Assembly (NCBI GenBank): GCA_963712115.1
Contig: CAVQGX010000026.1
Coordinates: 32,001-96,000, forward strand
Source: an uncultured delta proteobacterium
Lineage (GTDB): Bacteria; Desulfobacterota; Syntrophobacteria; BM002
Direction of reading: 5' to 3'
Length of the DNA stretch: 64,000 nucleotides
Shown in pieces: positions 1 to 8,647 of the stretch. Position 1 is the stretch's first letter; each line of letters begins with the position of its first letter. The notes under the pieces are model-generated. The model had not been told where the DNA came from, ran no database searches, and worked only from the letters and a program-made list of their open reading frames with translations. A program made the position numbers and the translations under genes.

Positions 1-450
1 TCCCGTCTCTCTGAGTCCCATGTCAAGAACCAAATCCAGATCTTGCTCAACTGCCCGAATCCAGGCAGTGATCTCAGGATACTGGTATCCCTTGGCCAGG
101 CAGCGCTCTACGGATTCCCTATCACGATTGCTGTAAAGGAAAAATTCAGTCTGCCTGATCACACCGTTTGGGCCGCTGAGTCGATGTAATAGATCGAAAA
201 TAGTCTCTATTTGTTGGACCGTGTAAGGAGGTCTGGCTTGCTGACCATCGCGAAAAGTGGTGTCAGTAATTAGCAGCTCGTCAGCCGGGTCAATGGAGAT
301 AATTTTATGGTCGAAATCTATCCGGCTTATCTGTTCGTAAGGAAATACCTCTCTTTGAAGGTTTGGTTCGGGCACTTCTTGGAGTCGGTAAACCCAAAAT
401 TTGCTGTGTTGATGTTCCAATACCCTTTTATGTTTGTTCCAACGTGCCAT
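1..450 (-). CDS. Re-citrate synthase (DRE-TIM metallolyase family), 5' part; runs off the window edge
   Basis: Missing from the ORF track. Manual translation from ATG at 450: MARWNKHKRVLEHQHSKFW...ITDTTFRDGQQARPPYTVQQI...IRQTEFFLYS...YPEITAWIRA...GLRETG. DTTxRDGxQ motif; closely resembles Syntrophus-type Re-citrate synthase from recall. AGGTGA RBS upstream. Confidence 0.85.
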   Translation of the reverse strand, partial: MARWNKHKRVLEHQHSKFWVYRLQEVPEPNLQREVFPYEQISRIDFDHKIISIDPADELLITDTTFRDGQQARPPYTVQQIETIFDLLHRLSGPNGVIRQTEFFLYSNRDRESVERCLAKGYQYPEITAWIRAVEQDLDLVLDMGLRETG

Positions 451-603
451 GATTTCACCTGCATGAAAAAAGTGTTTTGTTTAAGATCGCCCCTAGGACG
501 AACCCTGCGTGTGAAGCCGCATGTTAAGGGACATTTCTCCGAATTGTCAATATTTTATTATAACCGAACAGTTAACAGCTGGCAGCAGACAGCCAGCTGT
601 TAA

Positions 604-843
604 GTCATTACGCTACGCTGTCATTATGCCTTCGGCGTCATTTATGGTCATTGGGTCAATTATTCGCGCTCGCTGCGCTCCGCTCAGTCCCGCAAGCGGG
701 TTCCCAGTTTCGCTACGCCGTCATTCATAGTTAGTTGTCATTGTAGCCTTGCTACAACTGAATGACTACAAATGACGGGCGCTAGCCCTACTGACGGCGA
801 AGCCCTAATGACAACGAAGCGCGTATGCGCGAAGTGTAATGAC
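604..843. repeat. GTCAT/ATGAC mini-hairpin palindromic element, copy A
   Basis: Run of GTCAT boxes followed by ATGAC boxes, separated by small hairpins. 620-733 matches the reverse complement of 44079-44192 with 3 mismatches in 114 nt. Confidence 0.85.
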
Positions 844-859
844 TTGTGGGTGCAGTTGC

Positions 860-2668
860 CTAGCCGGGTAGATCAAGCTTGAGGGAAAGCTCCAAGAGTT
901 GCTCCAAACTCACACTCTCGGGGGCTTGAGTCATTGGACAGGCGGCTTTCTGGGTCTTGGGGAAGGCGATGACATCACGAATTGAATCCGCACCGCACAT
1001 GAGCATGACAAGCCGGTCAAAACCCAGTGCAATGCCTCCGTGGGGTGGCGCACCATATTTGAGAGCATCCAGCATGAAGCCGAACTTGTGCTGGGCTTCA
1101 TCTTCGTCAATGCCCAGAACTTTGAATACTTGCTGCTGAAGATCATGGTCATGAATACGAATACTACCGCCGCCAATCTCGTTGCCGTTTAGGACCAGAT
1201 CGTAGGCGCGGCTGCGGACCTTCTCAGGTTGGGCAGCAAAAATCGCTAGGTCTTGTTCTGCCGGGGCGGTAAATGGATGATGGACAGCGAGGTAACGCTT
1301 TTCTGCAATGTCGTATTCTAATAAGGGGAAATGGGTAATCCAGGTGAAACTATACTGTTTGTCGGTCAAAAGGTTGAGACGACGACCGAAGTGACCGCGA
1401 AGGATGTCCAAAGTGGGATGTACCACCTTAGAGTCGCCCGCCACAAAAAGAATCAAGTCTCCTGGCTCAAGGCCGGCGGTTTCGGCGAGGAGATCTTTCT
1501 CACTGCCGGAGAGGTTTTTGGCAATCGGCCCTTGCCAGTTATTTTCTTGCACTTTGATCCAGGCCACACCCTGGGCACCAGTTTGCACATCGTAGTGATT
1601 GGCCAGGTTCTCTTTTCCCTGCATCTTGTCAAGGTCACTGCGGGGCAAGATTGCTTGACCCTTAAGGTTCAAAGCCTTGACCATGCCGCCAGCTTCAATG
1701 AGCTGCGCGAAGACCCGAAAGTTGCTACTGGCGAAGACCGGGGTTACATCCACCAGTTCCATGCCAAAGCGGGTGTCAGGCTTGTCTGTCCCATAGCGGG
1801 CAATGGCTTCATCGTAAGTAAGGCGGGGAAAGGGAATTTCAAGTTTGTGGCCGAGAACTTTTTCGAATAGATGACAAAGTAACCCCTCAGTGATTTTGAA
1901 AATCTGCTCCTCATTTACGAAAGCCATCTCCATATCAACCTGAGTAAACTCAGGTTGGCGGTCAGCGCGGAGGTCTTCGTCGCGATAACACTTGACGATT
2001 TGATAATAACGGTCGAAGCCGGCGATCATTAACAATTGCTTGAACAGTTGGGGCGATTGTGGCAGGGCATAAAACTTACCTGGGTTAACTCGGCTAGGAA
2101 CAAGGTAGTCGCGAGCCCCCTCGGGAGTGCTCCTGGTCAATACCGGAGTCTCCACCTCTAAAAAATCGATGTCGTTCAGATACTGCCGCACAGCCTGGGC
2201 AGCATGATGACGTCTGAGTAAGTTCTGAAAAATGTTAGGACGACGGAGGTCCAAAAAACGATAGCGCAGCCTTAAATTTTCACCGGCGTCAATCTCCGGT
2301 TCCACTTGAAAGGGAGGAGTGAGGGAGGTATTGAAAAGGCGATACTCATCCACGACAACCTCAATTTCTCCTGTCTTCAATTTGGGATTAGTCATGCCTT
2401 CGGGACGCAAACGCACTTCGCCGCGGACTCCAATAACGTGCTCAGGTCGAAGAGCGTGAGCACGTTGATGTGCTTCTGCATTGCGCTGGGGATCGAACAC
2501 TGCTTGGGTAATACCGGCCCGGTCACGGAGATCGATAAAGATGAGACCCCCGTGATCGCGACGCCTTTGGACCCAACCCATGAGCGTTACCTTAATGCCT
2601 GTATGGTCGAGATTAAGAGTGCAGCAGTCGTGAGTACGTTCCCAGTCACCTAAAGAGTCCAAATTCAT
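860..2668 (-). CDS. aspS: Aspartate--tRNA ligase, probably non-discriminating (Asp/Asn)
   Basis: RRDHGGLIFIDLRD, YALPQSPQLFKQ, DEDLRADRQPEFTQ and GAPPHGG motifs. The His in RRDHGG is typical of ND-AspRS. Start trimmed to ATG 2668. Confidence 0.97.
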   Translation of the reverse strand: MNLDSLGDWERTHDCCTLNLDHTGIKVTLMGWVQRRRDHGGLIFIDLRDRAGITQAVFDPQRNAEAHQRAHALRPEHVIGVRGEVRLRPEGMTNPKLKTGEIEVVVDEYRLFNTSLTPPFQVEPEIDAGENLRLRYRFLDLRRPNIFQNLLRRHHAAQAVRQYLNDIDFLEVETPVLTRSTPEGARDYLVPSRVNPGKFYALPQSPQLFKQLLMIAGFDRYYQIVKCYRDEDLRADRQPEFTQVDMEMAFVNEEQIFKITEGLLCHLFEKVLGHKLEIPFPRLTYDEAIARYGTDKPDTRFGMELVDVTPVFASSNFRVFAQLIEAGGMVKALNLKGQAILPRSDLDKMQGKENLANHYDVQTGAQGVAWIKVQENNWQGPIAKNLSGSEKDLLAETAGLEPGDLILFVAGDSKVVHPTLDILRGHFGRRLNLLTDKQYSFTWITHFPLLEYDIAEKRYLAVHHPFTAPAEQDLAIFAAQPEKVRSRAYDLVLNGNEIGGGSIRIHDHDLQQQVFKVLGIDEDEAQHKFGFMLDALKYGAPPHGGIALGFDRLVMLMCGADSIRDVIAFPKTQKAACPMTQAPESVSLEQLLELSLKLDLPG

Positions 2669-2695
2669 AGAATACCTTTCCCAATTTGCCAAAAA

Positions 2696-2773
2696 GATGT
2701 GGGATTTGAGATGTGCGATGTGAGATAAATAACTCGATTCCGCCCACATCTCATATCTCAGATCTCACATCCC
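2696..2773. repeat. Inverted GATGTGA/TCACATC heptamer array
   Basis: GATGTGG-GATTTGA-GATGTGC-GATGTGA facing CACATCT-CATATCT-CAGATCT-CACATCC; overlaps the hisS stop. Confidence 0.8.
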
Positions 2774-4030
2774 TAACTTGAATCTTTGCAGTAATTTCTC
2801 AACTATTTCTTTTAAAGGAATCTCCTCCTGGGATGAAGCTTCCATGTTGCGCAGCACCGCAGCACCTTTCGTCAGTTCATCATCGCCGAGAATAAGTACA
2901 TGGGTTGCTTCAAGCTTGTCAGCTCTTCGCATTTGGGCCTTAAGACTCTTAGACTCGTAGTCCATCTCCACAGAAAGGCCACTGAGTCTGAGTTCCTGGA
3001 CAAGGGGAAATCCTTTCTTCTTGGCTTCTTCGCCCAAGCAAGCTACAAATAAACGGTTCGAGTCCGGTGCTGCCCCAGCTTTGTCATCTAAAAGCAAAAT
3101 CAGTCGCTCCATGCCGATGGCAAAACCAGTGCCGGACAAGTCGGGCCCCCCCAATGCCTTCATCAGGCCATCGTAACGTCCTCCCCCTCCGACTGCGTCC
3201 TGGGCCCCCAGGTGTGGGGTAATGGCTTCAAAGGTAGTTCTGGTGTAATAGTCCAGACCTCGCACCATGAAAGGATCAATGGTGTAGGCAACGGCGAGGC
3301 TGTCCAGGTGCTCCTTGACACTGTGAAAGTTTTTTTCACATTCATGGCAGAGATGATCCAGAAGCACTGGAGCCTTTTCCACCAACTTACCACAAGAAAC
3401 CACCTTGCAGTCGAAGATCCGCAGGGGATTGATCAGTCTGCGTCGTTGGCAGTCTGAGCAGAGCTTGTCGCTCACCCCTTCCAAGTAGTCAGCCAGGGAC
3501 TGTCGGAAGGGCAGTCTACAATCAGGACACCCCATGGAATTAATGTGCAGGCTAATGTCGGGTATTGTTAACTCCTCCAAAAATACGAGGAGCATGTAGA
3601 TGACCTCAGCGTCAACCATGGGGTCATCCATGGCAAAAACTTCCACGTTGATCTGGTGGAACTGTCGGTACCTCCCTTTTTGTGGCCGCTCATGGCGGAA
3701 CATGGGCCCCATGGTGTAAAATTTGCGCATGGCTGGCTGTAAATCTAATTTATGCTGAATGAAAGCTCGGACCACCGAGGCTGTAGCCTCGGGCCTCAGG
3801 GTGAGGAGTTGGCCGTTACGGTCGGGGAATGTGTACATTTCCTTTTCGACAATATCAGTGGTCTCCCCGATGCTTCGGGCAAAGAGTTCGGTTTTCTCAA
3901 GAATGGGTATTCTTATCTCCTGAAAACCAAAGTTAGAGAAGACCCTCCTGGCAACTGACTCCACCAGCTGCCACTTGCCGACTACATCGGGAAGAATGTC
4001 ATTTATTCCCTTTATTGCCTTGATTGCCAC
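2765..4030 (-). CDS. hisS: Histidine--tRNA ligase
   Basis: LRPEATA, FRHERPQKGRYRQFHQ, VRGLDYY and GGGRYDGL motifs. Likely GTG start at 4030. Confidence 0.97.
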   Translation of the reverse strand: MAIKAIKGINDILPDVVGKWQLVESVARRVFSNFGFQEIRIPILEKTELFARSIGETTDIVEKEMYTFPDRNGQLLTLRPEATASVVRAFIQHKLDLQPAMRKFYTMGPMFRHERPQKGRYRQFHQINVEVFAMDDPMVDAEVIYMLLVFLEELTIPDISLHINSMGCPDCRLPFRQSLADYLEGVSDKLCSDCQRRRLINPLRIFDCKVVSCGKLVEKAPVLLDHLCHECEKNFHSVKEHLDSLAVAYTIDPFMVRGLDYYTRTTFEAITPHLGAQDAVGGGGRYDGLMKALGGPDLSGTGFAIGMERLILLLDDKAGAAPDSNRLFVACLGEEAKKKGFPLVQELRLSGLSVEMDYESKSLKAQMRRADKLEATHVLILGDDELTKGAAVLRNMEASSQEEIPLKEIVEKLLQRFKLGM

Positions 4031-4116
4031 GACTACTCCACCGTCAAAGAGTAAACAAAATTTGATACTTAATCGGCCGGGTAAAGTCAAGGAAAAATCC
4101 AAATAGCAATGACTAA

Positions 4117-4254
4117 GGTTTCAGTGTTCAGTGTTCCCCGCTGTCGCTTCGCTTCAGACGGGATCTTCGACAGATTTCAGCTTCTATGTTTCTTTTTTCT
4201 GAAACCTGACACCTGAAACCTGATCCGCCTCCGGCGGAACACCTAAAACCCTGA
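4117..4254. repeat. Inverted GTGTTCA/CTGAMAC heptamer array with inserted mini-hairpins
   Basis: GTTTCAG-TGTTCAG-TGTTC facing CTGAAAC-CTGACAC-CTGAAAC-CTGA. Hairpin TCCGCCTCCGGCGGA interrupts one unit. Confidence 0.75.
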
Positions 4255-4384
4255 GATTAGCATTGCCAAAAGGACCCTATTGAGATAAGCTTTAATTACA
4301 ATCCTCAGTAATTCATTCCTGCCAGGAGCTGGATCCTGCCGGTATTAATATCTATTTAAAGCCTTTTAATTGGGGAGTAAAACC

Positions 4385-4882
4385 ATGGTACCATCTTTTG
4401 ACTCTGACTCCGATGAAAGAGAGAAACCGAGCTGGCGTGAAATTGACCGGAGAAGAGACCGAAGTCGCCACGCAAGCCGTGATGACCGCAGCACAAAGGA
4501 GAAGTCCCTCCGTTCCACCTGGGCGAAGGAACAATACTTGAAGGAAGTGGACAAATTCTTCACCGGGAAAAAAGGGGGCAAAGAGCACAAGACCGCTTTG
4601 AATGCAATCCACCGCAACTATGGAACCAAAAAGTTTGCCAGTTCGGTCAAGAAGTATCTCCAGAAATATGGAATCCCCGACGACTGGAGCACCTTAATGC
4701 TTCTGCTGGATTACAAGGATGACGAAGTGCTGGTGCAGGTCATAGAAGTGATGAAAGCTCTAGCGCCGGAACGATCCGCCATGGAAAGACATGGTTTCAA
4801 GGACAAGCTGGAAATCCTTTCTTTTACTGCTTCGAAATCGCAGATCATCTCTTTGGTCGAAAGTGTTATGAAGGAATTGTAG
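4385..4882 (+). CDS. Hypothetical protein, likely co-transcribed with polA
   Basis: 166-codon ORF with GGAG RBS, ending 6 nt before the polA start. Confidence 0.8.
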   Translation: MVPSFDSDSDEREKPSWREIDRRRDRSRHASRDDRSTKEKSLRSTWAKEQYLKEVDKFFTGKKGGKEHKTALNAIHRNYGTKKFASSVKKYLQKYGIPDDWSTLMLLLDYKDDEVLVQVIEVMKALAPERSAMERHGFKDKLEILSFTASKSQIISLVESVMKEL

Positions 4883-4888
4883 AAAACC

Positions 4889-7582
4889 ATGTCAGAAAAA
4901 GAGGCTACCCTTTATCTCATCGACGGCAGTGCTTATATCTACAGGGCCTTTTACGCTGTCCGTCATTTGAGTACCTCCTCAGGAATTCCCACCAACGCGG
5001 TCTACGGCTTTATTGGCATGCTCAATAAGATCCTCAGGGAAAAGGACCCAAGGCACATAGTTATTGCCCTTGATGCCCCGGGACCAACCTTCCGCCACGA
5101 CCTCAGCGCTGATTACAAGGCAACTCGTTTAAAAATGCCGGAGGATCTGGCTAAGCAGATTCCATTCATAAAAAGACTGATTGGGGCTTTTGGCATACCC
5201 AGTATGGAGATCCCCGGATATGAAGCCGATGACATCATTGGTACTCTTGCAACCTGGGCCAGCGGGCAGGGGGCGAAAGTGGTAATTGTTTCAGGGGATA
5301 AGGATCTGCTGCAGCTGATGACGCCACAAGTGCAGATGTGGGACACCATGAAAGATGAGGTTTTTGGACCAGCGGAGGTGGAAGCAAAATTCGGAGTTCC
5401 CCCTGCCCAGTTGGTTGAAGTAATGGGGTTAGCTGGAGATAGCAGTGATAACATTCCTGGGGTGCCTGGGGTTGGTCCAAAGACAGCTCAACGGCTAATA
5501 AGAGAATTCGGCAGTATTGATAACTTACTGTTTGAATTGGAGAAAATCCCCAAAGAAAAAGAACGTGAGAGGCTGAAGGTTCATGCCGAGCAGGCCAAAA
5601 TGTCGCGAGAACTGGCTGAGATTAAGTGCGATGTCCCCCTGGAAAAGGACTGGGAGCAGTTTGAGTTGGGCGAGAGTGATCGGGAGGGTCTGTTAGCCCT
5701 ATACAGGGAGCTGGAATTTAAGAAATTCCTCCAAGAATTGGACGAAAAGAAAGACACCCAAGAATTCAAAACGATCAGGGACGACTATAAACTTGTTACT
5801 TCCCTTGAAGCACTGAAAAAGATTCTTTACCGGATTCTAAAGAGCCAAAAGGTAGCCATAAGTGTAATTACCACAGAGGGTAATTATCTTGAGTCTGACC
5901 TGGTAGGTATAGCTCTAGCTTGGGAAGGGGAAAGTGGTTGCCACTACCTTCACCTTGGTCAGGTCTCTAAGTCTGGTCCTAACCAATTATCCGCCACTTC
6001 AACAGTAAAATTGCTGGCCCCACTGCTGGGTGAACCCGATGTTGACAAAGTTATCCACAACAGCAAAAAGGCTTGGATTGTCTTTAAAAGACTAGGCATT
6101 GAGTTGTCGGGCACCAACTTCGACCCAATGTTGGCCGCCTATGTATTGGATCCGGGCAAGAGGGTGCAGGACTTGGAGGCCATAGCAAAAGAATATCTCA
6201 GCAAGTCGTTGGTTTCGTATGATGATCTGGTGGGAACCGGCAGAAAGAGACAAGCCTTAGCCAACCTGCCGGTGGAGCAAATTCTGGCCTATGCCGGAGA
6301 TCAAGCTGTTTATTCCCTGCAACTCGCCACGCCTCTGGAGGAAAAAATCAAGGCAGCCAACCAGACCACACTATTTAGAGACATCGAAATTCCACTGGTT
6401 CGGGTGCTGGCTCGCATGGAGATGAAGGGGGTAAAGATCGATGTGGAGCGACTGGAGGATCTTGATAGGGACTTTAGCGCTCGCCTAGAGGATATAGTCG
6501 AGAGGATTTATGATCTGTCTGGGGAGAGCTTTAACATAAATTCGCCACAACAGTTAGGACGAATTCTTTTTGATAAATTGGCCTTGCCCATGGGAAAGAA
6601 AACAAAGACAGGTTACTCTACCTCCATGGATGTCCTTACAGCACTTGCACCTTACCATCTCCTACCCAGGGAAGTCCTTAATTACAGAACTCTCACGAAG
6701 CTAAAGAATACCTATGTTGACACCCTGCCGCGCATGGTAAACCGGGATACCGGTCGAATACACACGTCCTACAACCAGACCGGTACAGTGACGGGCAGAC
6801 TGAGCTCTAGCGAACCGAATCTTCAGAATATCCCCGTGCGTACTGAAGAGGGGAGAGAAATCCGTCGCGCCTTTGTGGCTGACCCCGGTCATTTGTTAAT
6901 TTCAGCGGACTATTCTCAGATTGAACTGAGAATCCTAGGCCATTATTCTAGAGACCAGGCATTAATTGACGCCTTCCACAAAGGTGAGGACGTGCACCTC
7001 CGCACTGCGGCGGAGATTTTTGAGGTGGAACCACATGAGGTTACCGCGGAAATGAGGCGGCAGGCAAAGACCATTAACTTCGGCATCATCTACGGCATGA
7101 GCGCATTCAGACTCGCCAGGGATCTGGGTGTACCTCAAAAGAAAGGCCAACAGATCTTAGAACGTTACTTTGACAGGTACGGGGGAGTTCGATCATATAT
7201 GGAAGAGACCCCTAGGCTGGGGCGTGAACAGGGATTTGTCGCAACCCTATTAAATCGCAAAAGATTCCTCCCAGATCTGAAGAGCCGCAATCGCAATGTC
7301 AGACAGTTTGCTGAACGAACTGCCATAAATACGCCGATACAGGGCAGCGCTGCTGATATGATCAAAATGGCCATGATTCGCATTGACGCTGAGCTAGAAA
7401 GGAAATCGCTGCCTGCCAGAATGATCATGCAGGTTCACGATGAGTTGGTTGTTGAAGTGGAAGCCAGCAGTGCTCGAGATGTGGCTACTCTGGTGCAGCA
7501 CGAAATGGAATCGGTGGCGTCCCTAGCGGTTCCCTTGGTGGTGCAAGTAGGGATTGGGAATAATTGGGATGAAGCGCACTAG
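4889..7582 (+). CDS. polA: DNA polymerase I
   Basis: 5'-3' exonuclease motifs LIDGS and EADD; polymerase motifs ADYSQIELR, AKTINFGIIYG and QVHDEL. Confidence 0.98.
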   Translation: MSEKEATLYLIDGSAYIYRAFYAVRHLSTSSGIPTNAVYGFIGMLNKILREKDPRHIVIALDAPGPTFRHDLSADYKATRLKMPEDLAKQIPFIKRLIGAFGIPSMEIPGYEADDIIGTLATWASGQGAKVVIVSGDKDLLQLMTPQVQMWDTMKDEVFGPAEVEAKFGVPPAQLVEVMGLAGDSSDNIPGVPGVGPKTAQRLIREFGSIDNLLFELEKIPKEKERERLKVHAEQAKMSRELAEIKCDVPLEKDWEQFELGESDREGLLALYRELEFKKFLQELDEKKDTQEFKTIRDDYKLVTSLEALKKILYRILKSQKVAISVITTEGNYLESDLVGIALAWEGESGCHYLHLGQVSKSGPNQLSATSTVKLLAPLLGEPDVDKVIHNSKKAWIVFKRLGIELSGTNFDPMLAAYVLDPGKRVQDLEAIAKEYLSKSLVSYDDLVGTGRKRQALANLPVEQILAYAGDQAVYSLQLATPLEEKIKAANQTTLFRDIEIPLVRVLARMEMKGVKIDVERLEDLDRDFSARLEDIVERIYDLSGESFNINSPQQLGRILFDKLALPMGKKTKTGYSTSMDVLTALAPYHLLPREVLNYRTLTKLKNTYVDTLPRMVNRDTGRIHTSYNQTGTVTGRLSSSEPNLQNIPVRTEEGREIRRAFVADPGHLLISADYSQIELRILGHYSRDQALIDAFHKGEDVHLRTAAEIFEVEPHEVTAEMRRQAKTINFGIIYGMSAFRLARDLGVPQKKGQQILERYFDRYGGVRSYMEETPRLGREQGFVATLLNRKRFLPDLKSRNRNVRQFAERTAINTPIQGSAADMIKMAMIRIDAELERKSLPARMIMQVHDELVVEVEASSARDVATLVQHEMESVASLAVPLVVQVGIGNNWDEAH

Positions 7583-7583
7583 A

Positions 7584-7826
7584 ATGCCAGAGGCGCAATG
7601 CGCCTCTGGCATAAATCCGAAATCCCAATTTCTAAATCCCAAACAAATTCGAATTACCAAAATACAAAATTAAAAACGGGAAAAATCAATGGCCAGATTC
7701 TCAGCATAGTCGTTTGCCTGCAGAATTAGGGTTGCGCGACCTTTTGAGCATTGAATATTTGAAACTGGGGCCCCACCCAAAGGGTGGGGAGTCCGGAGGA
7801 CAATTTGGAATTTGTTTCGGATTTAG
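7584..7826. repeat. AAATCCN/GGATTT-type inverted array with perfect hairpins
   Basis: Perfect hairpin ATGCCAGAGGCGC-AAT-GCGCCTCTGGCAT, then AAATCCG/AAATCCC units, hairpin CCCCACCC-AAA-GGGTGGGG, and mirror arm GGAATTTGTTTCGGATTT. Confidence 0.65.
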
Positions 7827-7853
7827 CTGAATAGAGAATGGCCCTGGGAAACA

Positions 7854-7882
7854 TTGACAATTGGGGCATGGGACGATAAACT
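7854..7882 (+). promoter_or_regulatory. sigma70 promoter of the putative ncRNA
   Basis: TTGACA(7854)-N17-TAAACT(7877). Confidence 0.8.
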
Positions 7883-7889
7883 AAAAAAT

Positions 7890-8221
7890 GAGCTTGCCAG
7901 GGGCAGGCACAGAAACTGCGTCCACGGAGCGCCGCGCCACCTAATAAGAAGACGGCTAGGCACGCAGGGACGTGCCCCTGAAGGAGTTGCTCCTTCCGGA
8001 ATTCTTCTGGAAGGAGAGCGACCCCGGCACCACGAGAGTCCCTGCCCTCTCGGGTGTCCGTACTGTGGCAGGGTAGTGCTCAGAATCCACTCGCAGACCT
8101 GAGCGCGAGAGTAATGCGGGTTAGGCCCGACCAGAAAAATGTAACCAGGCCATCTGGCGGGCGACGAACTGTCTGGTATTTTGGACGGCAATCAGTTTCT
8201 GTGCCTGTCCCTGTTGGGCTC
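7890..8221 (+). ncRNA. Unidentified ~330-nt structured RNA with three tandem pseudoknots (tmRNA pk2-4-like) and no tRNA-like domain
   Basis: 5' and 3' ends pair over about 30 bp; three H-type pseudoknots at 8025-8177; own promoter and terminators; no credible ORF. Confidence 0.75.
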
Positions 8222-8226
8222 GAGAG

Positions 8227-8298
8227 AAAAACCACCCGCTGAGGGGTGGTTTTTTTAATCCTCCTCTAGCTAAGGCAAAAATAGCTAGGGGTTTTTTT
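8227..8298 (+). terminator. Two tandem intrinsic terminators (the first may be bidirectional)
   Basis: AAAAACCACCC-gctgag-GGGTGGTTTTTTT, then CCTCTAGCTA...TAGCTAGGGG-T7. Confidence 0.8.
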
Positions 8299-8329
8299 GT
8301 TGACCTATCTCCCACTCTTAAAGATAGGA

Positions 8330-8647
8330 TCAGGACTTCTCTTCTTTTTTGATTTTTCCTAGCTCCGACTTAAGTTGTTCAACTTCTTCCTTGTACTTTT
8401 CTGCCTCTTCTTTGTACTTGGGGGCTTCATCGGTGTCCAGAGTTGATGAAAACTCATCCTCTTTCTTGCTGAAATAAGGAAGCTTGTCTTTCACCTCGTC
8501 AAAGCCAAGGTAAGCAGCAATAACACCACCAAACAACAGCATTACAGGCAGTCCCCCTGCGACCAGCAGCAGGAATGCATCCCACCAAACAAGCAAGAGT
8601 ATGACCCCCAGTACAGCTGCAACAATCCCACCGACAAACACCGCCAT
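8330..8647 (-). CDS. Small two-TM membrane protein with charged coiled-coil tail
   Basis: AAGGAGG RBS; two hydrophobic helices; KYKEEAE repeats. Confidence 0.85.
   Translation of the reverse strand: MAVFVGGIVAAVLGVILLLVWWDAFLLLVAGGLPVMLLFGGVIAAYLGFDEVKDKLPYFSKKEDEFSSTLDTDEAPKYKEEAEKYKEEVEQLKSELGKIKKEEKS

Noticed and set aside
521-730. Similar small ORFs 521-730 and 44082-44309 (..IIRARCAPLSPASGFPVSLR..)
   Set aside because: The similarity comes from the shared DNA repeat; there is no RBS or coding signature.
604-843. GTCAT arrays as CRISPR or TIGR-like guide arrays
   Set aside because: The boxes are only about 5 nt, spacing is irregular, orientation flips midway, spacers are recurring hairpins rather than unique sequences, and no cas or Nop-domain gene is nearby.
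7890-8221. Calling the RNA canonical tmRNA, RNase P, 6S or SRP
   Set aside because: No acceptor stem, T-arm or CCA; no GAGGAAAGTCC; no SRP GGAA domain-IV motif; too long and pseudoknotted for 6S. The overlapping ORFs 7823-8191, 7854-8102 and 8054-8242 look spurious.
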